From Stegostoma tigrinum (Eukaryota), in the NCBI RefSeq assembly GCF_030684315.1, contig NC_081396.1, forward strand, positions 4,340,001 to 4,404,000: a stretch of DNA of 64,000 bases, given 5' to 3'. A program made the position numbers and the translations under genes. The notes beneath the pieces were generated by a model. The model was not told the DNA's origin. It saw only the letters and a list, made by a program, of their open reading frames with translations, and did not search any database. Shown here piece by piece: positions 11,815 through 25,186 of the stretch; position 1 is the stretch's first letter; every line of letters starts with the position of its first letter.

Positions 11815-13423
11815 GTAAGAAATTTGAATGTCCTCAGCAACCGTGATATTTGTTTTACTGATTTAAGTAATTCATGAGTTAAATGAAACTCGGATTCTGG
11901 GCTGTGTTTAGTCTGGTTCCAATTGACTTTTCTGCAAAGTGATGAGAAGCTACATTTAAGTCTCAGCAAATAAACAAAGTGCTGGTGACGGATTCAGTTC
12001 CTCAGGGTTCCTCTCATTTTTATTCAACAGGAAAACTTCAATTCTATGACGTTTAGGCAATGTTTAATGCAATTGACACCCACTATCTTCGAGATAGTAT
12101 CCACAACAAACGTTCAGAATTTGATGATGTTAAAATATTCCCAAGCATGAACAAAATGTGCTGAAATATTATTAACAATTTCTTGAAAATATTCCAGGTG
12201 CAAAATTCTGTTCTTGTCGTGGCTGCATTTTGTGGTTTAGTATGTTATTTTAGTTGATGGCAAGTACGTTCGTATCTGTGTTGAATTTTCCTTGCCGTGC
12301 CCCAGTTCACTCTGTTGATTTGAGTTGAGCAGTTTGATTATCACAAAGGATTTTCCATCATTTCAATCGATTGATTCAAGCTGTTTGGATTCTGAGTTTG
12401 TTTTACTTGACTCTGTTGAATTTAGTTGCTCTCATTCTGAATTTGTTTCATTTAATTTTGTTGAATTCAGCTGGTTGAATTCTGTTTCTCTGATGAGGAG
12501 ACTGTCGATTTGCTTTACTTAAAATTATTAATATTGTTTGAAGTTCGTTGCTTTCCCTGCATCGTTTCTGCACTTGCTGAACTCAATTGGCGTCATTCAG
12601 CTTACTGATTGATTTAAAACATTATATCCATTTGCAATTGTCTGAATAACTTACTGAAGGCAGAAACACAAAAGATTTGAGGATTAAAACAAAAATGCAG
12701 CATTGTAGTGCATTGTTTTTATTTAAAGTCAATTGTAGTAATAAAGTAAGTTAAGTCTGTTCTGACCATCCTCAATCAAAATACAATTTGGGTCTAAAGT
12801 CTCAAAATGCCTAAATGATTAGCTTTCATGATTGATTGTAAAGTTATTATTAGGTACAATTATAACGCGGTAATCGGTGGACATTGACCTAATTTTGATT
12901 CTAACTGAAAGTGAATAATCACTGTATGAATCTGATTGGTCTACTGTAAAGTGCTCGCAATTGGCATGAACAGGAAGGATGTACAGATTGGAATAATTTG
13001 AATTGCTGCTAAAATCTTGCTCAAAATTATATCTTGTTAAGTAAGTCAACTTTCAATTAAATCTGCTGTTTTGGCTTCTGATTTCAATATAATTTGATAA
13101 TTAGCTTGTGTGATGGTGAACAGCGTTGAAGGATTCTAGTTTGAGATTTCATTAACGATGTTACAGTTCTGATGAAAATGCCTGCAGAGTCAATTCAGCT
13201 GCAAGCGCATTCCTGTCCCTCAATGTTGTGATTTGGTGATTTTTACTCTCTTGAGAAGACAATACTTTTGGGGTATCAAAGTTGTGATATTTGTGAAGCA
13301 GTTTCCTGTCTCTACAACGTTTTACCATTGTTTACATGATTGGTGACAGTAAAATGGTCGAGTTTTCTCATTGAATGCAAACAAAATGCGAGTTTGCTCG
13401 CTGAGCTGGAGGGTCAGTTTTCA

Positions 13424-13457
13424 GACGTTTCATCACCATTCTCGGTAACATCATCAG
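13424..13457 (-). ncRNA. Minimal hammerhead ribozyme motif
   Basis: Minus strand CTGATGA-T-GTTACC(GAGAAT)GGTGAT-GAAA-C-GTC. Confidence 0.65.
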
Positions 13458-13488
13458 CGAGCCTCCGACGGGCTTCGTCGCAGTCTCA

Positions 13489-13522
13489 CTGATGACGTTC
13501 CCTACAATGGTGACGAAACGTC
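13489..13522 (+). ncRNA. Minimal hammerhead ribozyme motif (stem II partly decayed)
   Basis: CTGATGA-C-GTTCCC(TACAAT)GGTGAC-GAAA-C-GTC, helix I TCA/TGA. Confidence 0.55.
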
Positions 13523-16500
13523 TGAAGGCTTCGTCGGAGGCTCACTGATGATGTTACCGAGAATGGTGACAAAAAGTCTGAAAACTAACCTTCCAGCTCA
13601 GCGAGCAAACTCACATCCAGAACATCAACCTGAGCTACAAATCTTCTCAAAACTCGCTAACAAAAGTCGAGTTGAAATTTCCTGAAACCTATTATTAGAA
13701 GAAAGCCGACGGCAATGGTTTGAAAACTAAGCAGAAACAGAAAACCTAAGGAACAATGATTACTTTGATTTCACTGTGCCTGATTAAATATAAACGATGA
13801 CTTGCAATCAACTCTTTCGATCACAGGATCTTTCATTATATAGTTTGCAAGTCACCGAGGAATACGAATCGAATTTCAAAATTCGAACGTTCCAATCTTG
13901 GTCTCAAGCAAAAAAAAACCGTAACGGTGATGAAGAATCACCTCCCCACTCCGTCATGTATTTCAAACATATTTTCTGGATGGGAAAGTTAATTGGCAAA
14001 GGATAATTCGCAATTCTTCTGATATACTGAGATGAAGAACAGACCTATTTCAATTTTTTGAACAGTTTAACAAATAACCGACATTAATTAATCGTTATAT
14101 CCTTGAGTCAACATGATTTATAGGAATAAAAACAAAACTTTAACTTAATGATTTAATCTGCACAGCTGTCTACTTTTTCCCAATCCATGTAGTTTAAATG
14201 TACCCAGTTGTAATTTACAACGCCATGTCAACTCAAGGGTCCCTCATTCAGATTCAACTGATGCCTTGGATTAGGTGACCAAGGCTCGAGTTTGTATTAA
14301 TTACCGTTGTCCAAGCATGAACGCATCATGTGAAAGCTTGAGCAAATTCATAAAATGCCTTGTATATCAATGTGTTGAGACATGTGCAGAGTTTACTATT
14401 TTGCAGAAGCAATAAGTACAGAGTGTGAGAACACATTGCTTATTTCAAACAGTAAAATTGAACATTATTTACTTCAATTAATGTACTAGAGAAATTGTTG
14501 CGACTTCGCCATCTGAAGGATATTGTTCGCATTAGGTGAATGCAATTATCATTTATTTAGACAGCAGGTAAAGTGGGCAATTCCCGGCAGAAACGCCTTT
14601 TAAATTCACACAGTTAAAAAAAACTTATCCTTCACTGAAAAGCAGCTCATAAGACAATTAACTCGGCATTGGGAAACAAACCTAACAGTCAATACTTAAC
14701 TTCAAATTTCAACAGAAATTGTTTTCCACACTATAACGCAATTTGTTTCAGTACAGTGTGTGCAAAAACTCCAAATTTAAAGAACTGTTTTAAGAAAATA
14801 TGAAATTAATTTCGATAATTAATCATTTCCTCTTGACTTTTGCTTAAATTAGTCCAATGTCCCGTCTCAATAATTTGGTTTATCATAATGTCTTATGAAA
14901 TGTATTGAAGGAGTAGGTAATCTCTGTTCAATGTGAAAGCATTCCCTTTCCTGTTAATATTTATCTGCGGACCAGTTTCTTTGAACGAAGTTAAATTAGA
15001 GTTAATCTGTAATATTTGACATGGGTAAAATAGATTTATTAACGAGGTTCAAAACTGTTGCATAGTTTGTGCCTGTGCTATTTCTGACCACCTTGACAAG
15101 TGGCCTTAACCTTCGTCAATCTTCTGATTTGGTCTCCAGTAACCGAAGCAATTCATTTTCATCTGGTGCTTCAAAAATTCTTTTATCTGCCATTAATATA
15201 ATGTTTACTTGGCCCCTCGGAAATGAAAACCCTGACCAAATCACTAAAATCAGAGTGAACAACACAGAAATGAAAGACAGACTGCAGATGTTTTTAAATC
15301 GGTTGTTAGAAATAATATAACTGTCTTCAGAGTTACTTTAATTGAGTGAGGCAGTTGAAATAGCATGTGATTTATTTCGTTCCTCCCTCAGTTTTCTGTT
15401 CCCTGTTTGGGGACACAATGGGTAATCAGTATTCATTGTGCATCTTATCATTGGAGTACATATCGTTGGTTGTTCATGTTACTGGTAAAGGTTAAATTAG
15501 GCTTCAAAGGATTTTACTGCATTTGCATTCGAGCAGATCATGTGATGCAGCAACACAAATTGTTAGTTTTATTCCATAGTAGTTCCTCAACAGTTTGTAT
15601 GATTCAAGAGGACTATCAAAGTGCATTTAATTAATTTGTGAAATATTACTTCTACCGTGAAATGACTCTACAACTATTCGTGGTTGCTGAAAGGTTTTAA
15701 TAGTTAACATGGTTTGTGTACTGTCAAACAGTTGGTCTGTATTGTCTCGTTAGTGTCGAGCTGATGGTGTTCTGGTCTCTTGTGGTGTGGTGGTGGTGTC
15801 CCTGAGTTTGAGATATGTGGCCCGTGTTCAATTCCAATCTGTTGCAGTGGTACATAATGCCATCTAAAAACAATTTAAATTGGAAATTAAAAACACTTCG
15901 ATTTCTTTGAGTGTTGTTGGAATTCCAAAAACAGATGCCTGCTTCAATCGCTGACTTACATAGCAGATGGAATTTGGGCGGGGAGGGGGAATGGGGTGAT
16001 ACTTTTATATTAAATAAAAACAATGTTTAGGCATGGAATTTGGGCGTCACTAGTGGGGTTAATTCAGTTTTGCGCCACAGAAATTCCTGCTTCTGGCTTG
16101 CTCTTCCATCAATCGCATTAAAAAGATTCCCACTATTAATGGCCTCAAAGAATACTTGAGGTGACAATATTGAGCTTATCTTAATTTTATTCCAACGAGC
16201 ATTCTATCTTAACAGGAGAGATTGATTGTTCAGGAGGATAAGGTTTCCACTGTATCCATCACTTGCAGCGAATAGTGGCAGATATTCAGTTAATCTTCAG
16301 TTTATGCCTCAGTTCGCCCAGTACGTCTCCTAAGAACACTTTTTTTTATTCAGCAGAAGCCATGTTAACTCATTCAGAGTCGAACCCAGTCGGTGTGAGT
16401 TCCCATGCCAGGAAAAAATGAAAACATTTTGCTGAAGCAAGGTGTACTGGGCTCGAAAGTGTATATTTGTTTTCTCTCTTTAGGAGCTGCCAGAACTGCT

Positions 16501-17369
16501 GAGGTTCTTCAACAATTTGCTTTCTTCATTTTGTTTCAGATGTCGAGCATTTTTGTTTTTTTTTCACGAAAAAATTCTCTGTTGTCAGTGAAACGATGTA
16601 AGTTGTTCACAGAGAAAATATGACAATAAACTAAGCATTTTCAGTGATATTTCATATCTGATAATCATTGAAAGTAAGTAACCTAATCGGGAACCGGAGT
16701 TTCAGAAGAAAAATTGTCAAAAAATAGCAGAGTTTGGCGGCTGCTATAATTGTGCAGGAGTTATTTTGACCACTTAAATGGGGAATGTCGATGCTTCTAT
16801 TCCAAATGATCACCAAGAATTTTTTTTTACCAAAATGTTTTAAAGCATTTTTTCGCTGAATATTTTTCGCAAAGATTCTGACTGCCAGTGATAACTTAAC
16901 ATTTGTCACAATGATAGGAGGATAGTGACAGTTGTAGGGCAAACAAACTCTCGAACACGTCCACCATTTCATCAAATCTTGTTGGACTTGTGTCCAAACT
17001 CCATGTGCCTGCGTTTTGCCAAAAAAATAACATTTGATCATCGAAGAAAATCCATCCAAAACTTATTGATTAGATTGCAAGTAACAAAGTGTAGCGCCTT
17101 TTCTGAAAGACATTTCTCTGATTATTTAATTTTCCATAATGAGGCTCTGTTTAATTGCTCATTAGAAGAATTTATAAATTTCTGACAATTTCCAATTTTA
17201 ACATCACAGTCAAGTTCGTCAGAATGTTTTAATTAACCATTGTATTTCATTATTCCTGGTAAGAGTACTGTATGGTTACAAAGCCAGAAATGAGGAAACC
17301 TTCATTCCCATGAACGAATGAAGAACCTATTCTGTTACTTCAGTAAAAACATGTTGAAACCACACAGCT

Positions 17370-18075
17370 AATGGTCGGGTACTGAGGAGTGCAGTCGAAA
17401 ACCGGGAGCGAAGAGTTCAGGTACATCGTTCCTTGGAAGTGTTGCTACCAATAGAGTGGTGATGAAGACGCTTTGCATGCTTGTATTGATTGGTCAGAGC
17501 ATTGACTGTGAGACTTGATGCGTCAAGTTCCTGCTGTCCCCGACATTCGTGAGGCCACATTTGGAGGACTGCATTTCGGTCTTGTCACCGTGCTGCACGA
17601 AAATTCTTGGTAATTAAGTAAAAGTGCAGAAAAGTTTTGCCAAATGTTACTTGAGGTTGTGAGAGATAGGAAGACGTTGCTCACTCTGGATGTTTCTTTT
17701 AATCTATTGATTTTAGAAGAAAAATTTGTGAGTCGAGAGAAGTTTGTATAATCTTCGGGGAAGCAGATAATCAGAACAACAAAGATTTTCCTGTTCTCCT
17801 ATTTCAAAAGAGATCAAACGTACATGCCTTTGCTTTAAGTTGGAAAAGAAAGTTTTAAAAGGGACCTGTGGGAAACGTTTTTCACGCAGAGGCTGGTACG
17901 TATATTAATGAACTGGTAGAGGAAATGGTAGATGCAGGTTCAGTTACAACATTGAAAAAAAAAATTTCGACAATACATGCATCAAATGCAGGCAAATGGA
18001 ATGCCGTTGATTTGTGAATGCTGTCGGCATGAGTGATTTGGACGAAAGGGCCGGTTTTTATACTGTATGACTCGA
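17370..18075 (+). mobile_element. Decayed CR1-type LINE 3' region
   Basis: TTCGTGAGGCCACATTTGGAGGACTGC (VRPHLEYC-like), TTTTTCACGCAGAGG (FFTQR), 3' end TACTGTATGACTC. Confidence 0.75.
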
Positions 18076-18199
18076 TAATTCTCTGAAACATTTATGGAAC
18101 AGGCTCGAAAATCGAAAATGATGCGTCAGTGAATGGATAGAGTTTGAGCTAGTCACCTTTGAAGTGTCGAGCTGCTACTGGATGAGCTGGCATGCACAA

Positions 18200-18850
18200 A
18201 GCTTGGCAGTTTAGAATCCAGGCAAACGATTATGATTATGAGAAAATGGTTTCACTGAGACGCGTTGGTAACTGAGGGTGTCAATTTACTGGAAATCTAG
18301 TCACTGTTTAAGGTGCCAAGCTAGTTTGTTGACAGACCAGCAGTATGTGGGATTGTTTGGATGACAGATGAAGACAATAGTGAAATGGCAGGAGGTCATC
18401 ACGCACAATGTGAAGCTCGCAGTTTGTCAAAGTGTCAGGCGGTAAACAACGAATGAGAAGAGAGGTGGGATGGAATGTTAGCGGCTAAGATCGGAGTTAA
18501 ATTTTCGAGGCTTTGAGATCATGCATAAAGGAGTTGTGTCCTCACTTCGGTGAAAGGTACTGTCAGGGCGAGATACAAATGGACCATGTGCAGAGTGGCA
18601 GAAGGGGAATTAAGGAATCGCGTGTACATGTCCAGCTGGAAGAACGATTATCTTGGAATGCGTGGTGTTTTCGTGGAAGGGATTTCATGCATGGCAGAGT
18701 GAGTGGATTTGTGACAGTATGAGGGTTATCAATGCCTGGGGAGGTTCAAGACAGAGTGAGAGAGAGTGGTGATCAGACTGAGAAATTAAGAGTTTTGCAG
18801 TGAATTGAGTGTCAATTGAATCATTCCTTGCGAAATGTTTCACAGTAAAC
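18200..18850 (-). mobile_element. Old L2/CR1-group LINE endonuclease-region fragment
   Basis: Purine-rich degenerate stretch resembling the shark L2-type ORF2 N-terminal region; recognised by eye only. Confidence 0.35.
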
Positions 18851-19179
18851 CATAGTTCAACAAAGACTCTGATCATGAATAGAGGAACACATATTTTCAG
18901 AGGCCTCCAGAATTCAGATAATTGCCCATGATCACTGTGAACTTCTATTCAATTGGTATGAGGTCAACTTTGACACACATTGTCACAATTCTCATCCTCC
19001 GCTCCTCTTGGCGCTGCTGCAGCAACGTTCTTCTCGGAGAAAAATATTCTGACTTGCATTGACAGGAGAATGAGCGTTTCCCAACGCACTTGTGTAAAGT
19101 ATATTCAATCTCCCAGAAGAGTGACTTTCAATATTTCTCTTCATAATGTTATTGTCACTGCTGAATCCTGCATCGTCAA

Positions 19180-19600
19180 AATACTATGGGCTGTCATTTT
19201 AAAAAAGACATGAAATCCCATGCAAAAGCTGTGGCGACAAGAGCAAAACATGTGCCAGACATTTTCAGCAAGTCATTTATCTGCTGTCTACAAATGCCTG
19301 CTCACCATCTACAAGACACTGGACAGCGGTGAGACGGAATAATGTCTACTCCTGTGGATGAGTGAAACTTGAATAGTGTTTCATAAACGTGGCACCATTC
19401 AGAACAAAGGAATACACTTGTTTGCAACCCCATTTGTCATGTGCAATATTTATTTCTTTTCTTCAAATGCACTGGACCGTTGTGGGATATCAGCGAGTTA
19501 GAGTGTAGAAAATCAGCTGGTTTCCTTCCCCTGCAAATTTTTATCCCACGACCTGGAACACCATGAGGGATGGGGCAGCAAATGAAAGTCATCACAATCA
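19180..19600 (+). mobile_element. Old LINE (CR1/L2 group) 3' fragment
   Basis: CTGCTCACCATCTACAAG...GGAATAATGTCTACTCCTGTGGATG (LxTIYK...EYxxxxW-like). Confidence 0.55.
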
Positions 19601-21019
19601 ACCGTAACTCATTTTCTCTGTGTAACAATGTTGGCGCTTCTTCACAACTGTTCGGCCAAATATTCTACCACTCCCGTCCAAGAAATAGCATGAGTACCTG
19701 CTTTGTAAGTTCTATAATGGTGGAAGAAAGCAACTTTCCTGCACATCCCCATGGATAAAAAGAAACATGCAAAGAATGTGACTGGAGGCAGCAATGCCGA
19801 CATCACATGCACAAAACTAATCAAACAATATAAGGGCCAATATTTTTCTTTTACAAACTCGGCAATTGTTTGTCCTTCACTGCTTGTCTGGTGATGTACT
19901 TTGAATTCTCTACCATGATGGCGTATACTGCCAACACAATACTCTCTACCTATTCCACCTGGTGTTCAAACTGGAAGAACGTTAAATTATCAGTCAAGAT
20001 ACTGTTGCATGGCAGAATCAAACAACAGAAAGGGCACAGCATCACTGATTTACTTCCTTAATCCAAGACATTTAATGGAGTCACGAGTCAATGTTGATCG
20101 CTGCCTTGCAACTCTACCCCAAGTATCTGGCAATGCCCTGCCACTTCAGATGGATCTGTCTGGCAGTTGGAATGGAATTTTTTTTTAAATGGTGAAATAG
20201 ATCAAATTTGTTGGCTTGCAAAGACCTAATTTCCTTGCAGACAAATCCATTTTCTGTAATATTAGGCAGGAATTAGTTGGAATGTGTTCACTCTGTCTCC
20301 CACAACACAGGAAATCATAAAAGTTGCTTCACATTCTTACGTCATCAGGTTTTTATGATTGTTTCATTGTGATCCTGTAATAGGGATTATCCAGTCACTT
20401 TTCAAGCTTAGTCAATTTAAACAGCTTTGGGCGCATGGAGAACCTGATGTAGTATGAGAGACAGTGCTCAATTTTAACAAAATGCTTACAGAAGCACAGT
20501 CATAGAAAGGACAAGACAATTTAAATTTCACAGAAATCTCTTGATTGACAAATCTCTCNNNNNNNNNNNNNNNNNNNNNNNNNNNNNNNNNNNNNNNNNN
20601 NNNNNNNNNNNNNNNNNNNNNNNNNNNNNNNNNNNNNNNNNNNNNNNNNNNNNNNNNNNNNNNNNNNNNNNNNNNNNNNNNNNNNNNNNNNNNCTGAGGA
20701 AGGATCACTGGAAGAGAAAATTTAAGAACTCTCTCCTTGGATGTTGCCAGAGCAACTGAGTTTTTCCAGAAATTTCTCTTTTGGTTTCTCATTTGCAGCA
20801 CCTGTTGTATTTTAGGTTTTATTCAATTGAACTCCTCCTCTATTCAGTTGTAGTCCAACTGAAATATCAAACTTGTTATTGAGAAATTCTTATAAAACTG
20901 AATGGTGATGGTATTAAAGTGTTTTTATTACTTAGTTACAACAGATAAGACGTGCTCCTGGAGAGCAAAGTAAAAGATCATGACCAACAAATGACATAAA
21001 GCAAAACTAAGCTGAATTT

Positions 21020-21335
21020 ATGCTGCTCAAGGTACCCAGTCTCCCTTTCATCCACAGGCATCGGTCTGTGCTGATATTGCACATTCTCCACATGTCTGCG
21101 TGTGTTTCTGCCGGGTGTTCCCGTTTCCATCCACAGTCCAAAGTGTCCAGGTGAGCTGGAACGGCCATTCATTATTGCTCAAAGTGGAAAGGGGTCTGTA
21201 TGTTCGGTGGATGAGCCATGAGAAATTCAGTGTTAATGGGGAGGGGACTGATTCTAGTTGTGCTGCTGTTCGGAGCGGCAGTGTGGATGTGTTGGACTGA
21301 ATGTCTGTTTTCACACTGTAAGGATCCTATGAATT
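21020..21335 (+). mobile_element. HE1-like V-SINE just upstream of CH1
   Basis: V-domain core TTGCACATTCTCCACATGTCTGCGTGTGTTTCTGCCGGGTGTTCCCGTTTCCATCCACAGTCCAAAG and a CR1-like tail ...TTTTCACACTGTAAGGATCCTATGA. Confidence 0.75.
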
Positions 21336-21374
21336 AATAGAGTTTAACTTGCTTAATCCGACATTCTTTCCCAG

Positions 21375-21671
21375 TGACTCCGTCTTCGCCGACACTTTAT
21401 GGTCTAGTCTCCTGTCGTGAACACAGCACTCATGACTCTGTGATTTTTGGATGCTTGGCGATGGACTACTCCCCTGATGTCACTACTGTGACCTGGAAGA
21501 AAGATGGGACGCAGATCACGAATGGATTTAAGACATACCCATCGGTGAGAAACAAGAAGGGAACTTATACCCTGAGCACCCAGTTAGCCCTGACCGGTGC
21601 AGCTGCGCATTGTGGAAAAGTCTCCTGTGAGGTTCGACACAGCGGGTCCGACAAGAGCAAAGAAATACAAT
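21375..21671 (+). CDS. IGHM: IgM CH1 exon, intact
   Basis: Acceptor ttcccag|. Translates VTPSSPTLYGLVSC...FGCLAMDYSPDVTTVTWKK...SCEVRHSGSDKSKEIQ. 297 nt, donor T|GTAAGT; both domain Cys and the Trp are present. Confidence 0.96.
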
Positions 21672-24402
21672 GTAAGTGTTGTGGGAATGTGGTAGACAGA
21701 TAAGTGTGCTTTACATAAATACGGTCTGATTCATAACACCATTTCACAGAATCGTAGATCTATACAGCAGAAAAAATAGCCCCTCGGCCAATCTCGTAGA
21801 TACAAAAGAAAACTACCCATCTATTCCAGCCCATTTGCCCACACAGAATGAATTGCCTTGTTGATTTGACATTGCAAGTGTAGGCTTCAATATTTCTGAC
21901 ATGTTATAAAGTTTTCAGCTTCAACATGACTCACAGGCATGCGGCTCCAATTCCAACATTGTCTGGATGATTTATTCCATTCAAAACATCTTGGCTTTAT
22001 CTAAAAACGATGTAACTGATTGTGAAATTTGGATAATTTAAGTTACCGGGAAAGGCTGAGTACGATGCATTTAATTTCCCAAGAGATTCAAAGTCTGGAG
22101 TCCTGACAGAAGTTTTTTAAAAAAATCATGAGCAAAATGGACAGAGTGAACAGTCAATGTTTTTTTTTCGCCACGGTCGGGAAATCCAAAACTGGAAGGC
22201 ATAGGCTTAAGTTCAGAAGGCACAGATGTAGCAGGGGCCATGCAAATAGTGATATGTGAATGGATTGAGGTGCCAGTGGAATTGGTGGAGTGCAATGAGA
22301 TAATTTAAAAGTTATCTGGATGGGAACATGAATAGGAAGCATTTAGATGGACATGTGGATTACATCGGGCTATATGGTCACAATAGATGTGTTACACTGA
22401 CGTGACTGTTCCCATGCTATACATGTCGACGATTCTGTGACTTTTTGGCAAGTTATAGCGCTACAAACGGTAGGTGGGGATGCACACAAAAGAATTTCAG
22501 GCATCTCAGGATTCCACTCTTTATAGTGTTAAACATTGCATGTTCTCTTTCAGGATGCATGGCTCACCTCAAAATTAGCCAGAATGATTTCCATTTTCCA
22601 TAAGCAGCCCATCGAGCCAGTCCTTCTTTATTCTACATTACCGCACAATCTTTGATTTCACTACTTACAGCTCAACAATTTTTATTTCATCTGTGAAATT
22701 TCTGAGCAACACTTCTAGATTCAAGTCTAAATATTTTATAGGCATCACGCACAGTAAGAATATTTATACTGATCCCCACAGAGGATCATTCGGCACAGAT
22801 CGCCAGTCGCATAAACACACCACGACCATCGGCCTCCACTTCCTACCACTCAGCCAGTTCTGGAACCAATTAGACATTTTTTTTCAGCTTCCATTTGCTC
22901 TTAGCTTTGCTGTCATCTCCCCACCTGGCAACTCTTTGAAAACTCCTTTCAAGTTCGTTCGGCATGATTTCCCCTGAATGAAAAACAAATGCTGACAATG
23001 TTTGATTAAACTCTTCCAAATGAAGATTAATTGTGTTCCTAGGAATTGCTTCCGATATTTTCCTTACAACTGAGTTGAGGTTGACTGTCCTCTGCTTCCA
23101 TGGTTTATTCTTTGTTTCATCTTGCTCCATGGTATACCTTAGAACGATTGACAGTCATTTGGGATATACCCCGTGGCGAAAGAGGAAGTCAAACATATTG
23201 CGATGACCTCATGCACTACCTTTTGTTCCTCACTAAACAGCCCTGGATATTTTTAATCTGCCCTGTAATACAAAACGTGAGCATCCACTCATCTAATGCA
23301 GATTTTTGAAAGCAAATCACGACCGTTCCCCATGATATTCTGGCCTCATTGTGTTTTACATCACATGTCATTTCTTTGTTGGAACAGGTTGGCCTTTTCG
23401 TCTTTCTGTTTCCTCCCTGAATGCGTCCAACTGTTTTGACTCAAATTTAAAATTAAGCGTCGATCTTAGTTCACTTTGGTCAAACTGTACCCTATCATGT
23501 TAAATATGGCCTTCCCATATTTCATAACTTTGGTTCGGATCCTTGCCTATTGCTTTCCAGAACAACTATGAATTCAATGGATTTGTGTTCAATCTCTGGA
23601 AAACGTTTCTCCTTTCACACATTAAGCACTTTGTCAGCCTCAATACCTAAAGTTAAGCCGAGGTGCAGTGTCTCTTGCAAGGCATTTTACAGGCTGAGTT
23701 TCAAATGTCAATTTCTCAATTCTGCTCCTTCTCGACATTTGAAATGATGAATTTGAAGAATTTGAAATCCTTACAATGATTACCCTATTTACCTACACCT
23801 GTCTGAAATTTTGCTGGAGGTATCCATATTCATATCTCTCGGACCTTTCGAGGAGCCTTTTCTTGCATTCCTGACAGACATTTTGCTTTATTTTGCTTTT
23901 TCAGTACTTTTCATTTGCCTTCATTTGAGGATGTATCTAGGATTTCATTCCTCTTTACTACTGAAAACATCCTGCTCAATATGGCAACAGACACCACCAC
24001 CTCTCCACCGCTCCCCACCCCGCGTCCATTTTATAACTTCCCACAATTCGTCTGAAGGCGACATCTCCAGGAATAATGTGCCTTGTCCCTCTCTCAACAT
24101 ATCTCCGTGATGTCACTACTTAATTTCCTCATTGTTCTCTTGAACTCGTCGGAATCTTTTCATTGATTTGACTGATGAATAATTTCTGCACCATATTTCG
24201 GACTTGCTATTTCTTCCAATTTTGGGACTTGCTATCAACTTTCTTATCTTTCTGCCTGAATTCCATATATTGCTGTTTTGTGCATAATTTGTATCCTTGT
24301 AATGTTTAGGCAAACATCTACTAAACACAATGAACACTGAAAGAAAATTGTTGACTCTATTTTTCACCAAACAAGATAACTTACACGATCTGTTTTCTTA
24401 AG

Positions 24403-24614
24403 GTTCATACGGTAGTGTCCCTCCGACTGTTCTCCTTACTGTGAGTTCCAGTGAAGAAATCGAGAGCAGGAAAGTTGCAACCTTAGTCTGCTCAATCTTT
24501 CACTTGAATCCAAAGGAAATCTCCGTGGTTTGGTTGAAGAATGGAAGAGTGGTAAATTCTGGTGTCTTCACTTCTCCTGTGTGTGAAGCGAATGTAAACT
24601 TCTCACACCAGTAA
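24403..24614 (+). pseudogene. IGHM: IgM CH2 exon, 3' third deleted
   Basis: Acceptor cttaag|GT. Reads ...[42 protein letters not shown]...[11 protein letters not shown] then HQ* (TAA 24612-24614). The second domain Cys region is absent; the nearby GTAATG at 24611 would be out of phase. Confidence 0.9.
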
Positions 24615-25186
24615 TGCAACTTATTTTCCATCGTGTTAAATTACATTAAGCAGAATTTCCGTGAAAGTTCACCACTCCTAAAACATAAAGTATCCATAAT
24701 TACAAAAAGAATAAGAGGATGACTACTTTTGATTACAGGTTTACTGAAATTGTTATTTTTCTTCGCACTCACCATGGCCAGCAAAATTTACATACATACC
24801 TCATGAAAGTAAAAATGAATTTATTATATTGATTGGAGATTAGTTCAAAATTATCAGTAGTTGGCCTTATGTGACGGAAGAACTGTGAAAGGAAATAACT
24901 CCATGAGTTAAATCATGGTACCATTGGTTTTTATTTTTGACACATGATTCACTTGTTTTAAAGCTTGTTTGCTTTGGTAATAATTATACAGGAAATTTTA
25001 TAGGTAATCAACAATGTTTTCACAAGTCAAAATGTATAGACAATAGTAAATATCGTTGCAGGAATAGTTGCAAGTTGCCCTCTCAAAAGTGTTTTTCTAT
25101 AACGTTGTGAGTCAATAGACTGAACACTGAGGTTTTATTTCTCAAGAAGCATTTCATCATTGATTCTGATTTCTGCTCCATTGTAG

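Larger units (their letters stand above)
13386..13658. mobile_element. Non-autonomous PLE-derived foldback (same family as the 46620-46744 terminus) with three hammerhead motifs, in the JH-CH1 intron
   Basis: 85-bp inverted arms 13386-13470 and 13532-13616; 56-bp tandem unit 13471-13526 repeated at 13527-13582; possible TSD AACAAAA (13380-13386, 13659-13665). Confidence 0.85.

Noticed and set aside
11815-21374. Tetrapod-like switch region in the J-C intron
   Set aside because: No tandem AGCT/G-rich pentamer array was seen; the intron is AT-rich with LINE, SINE and PLE fragments.
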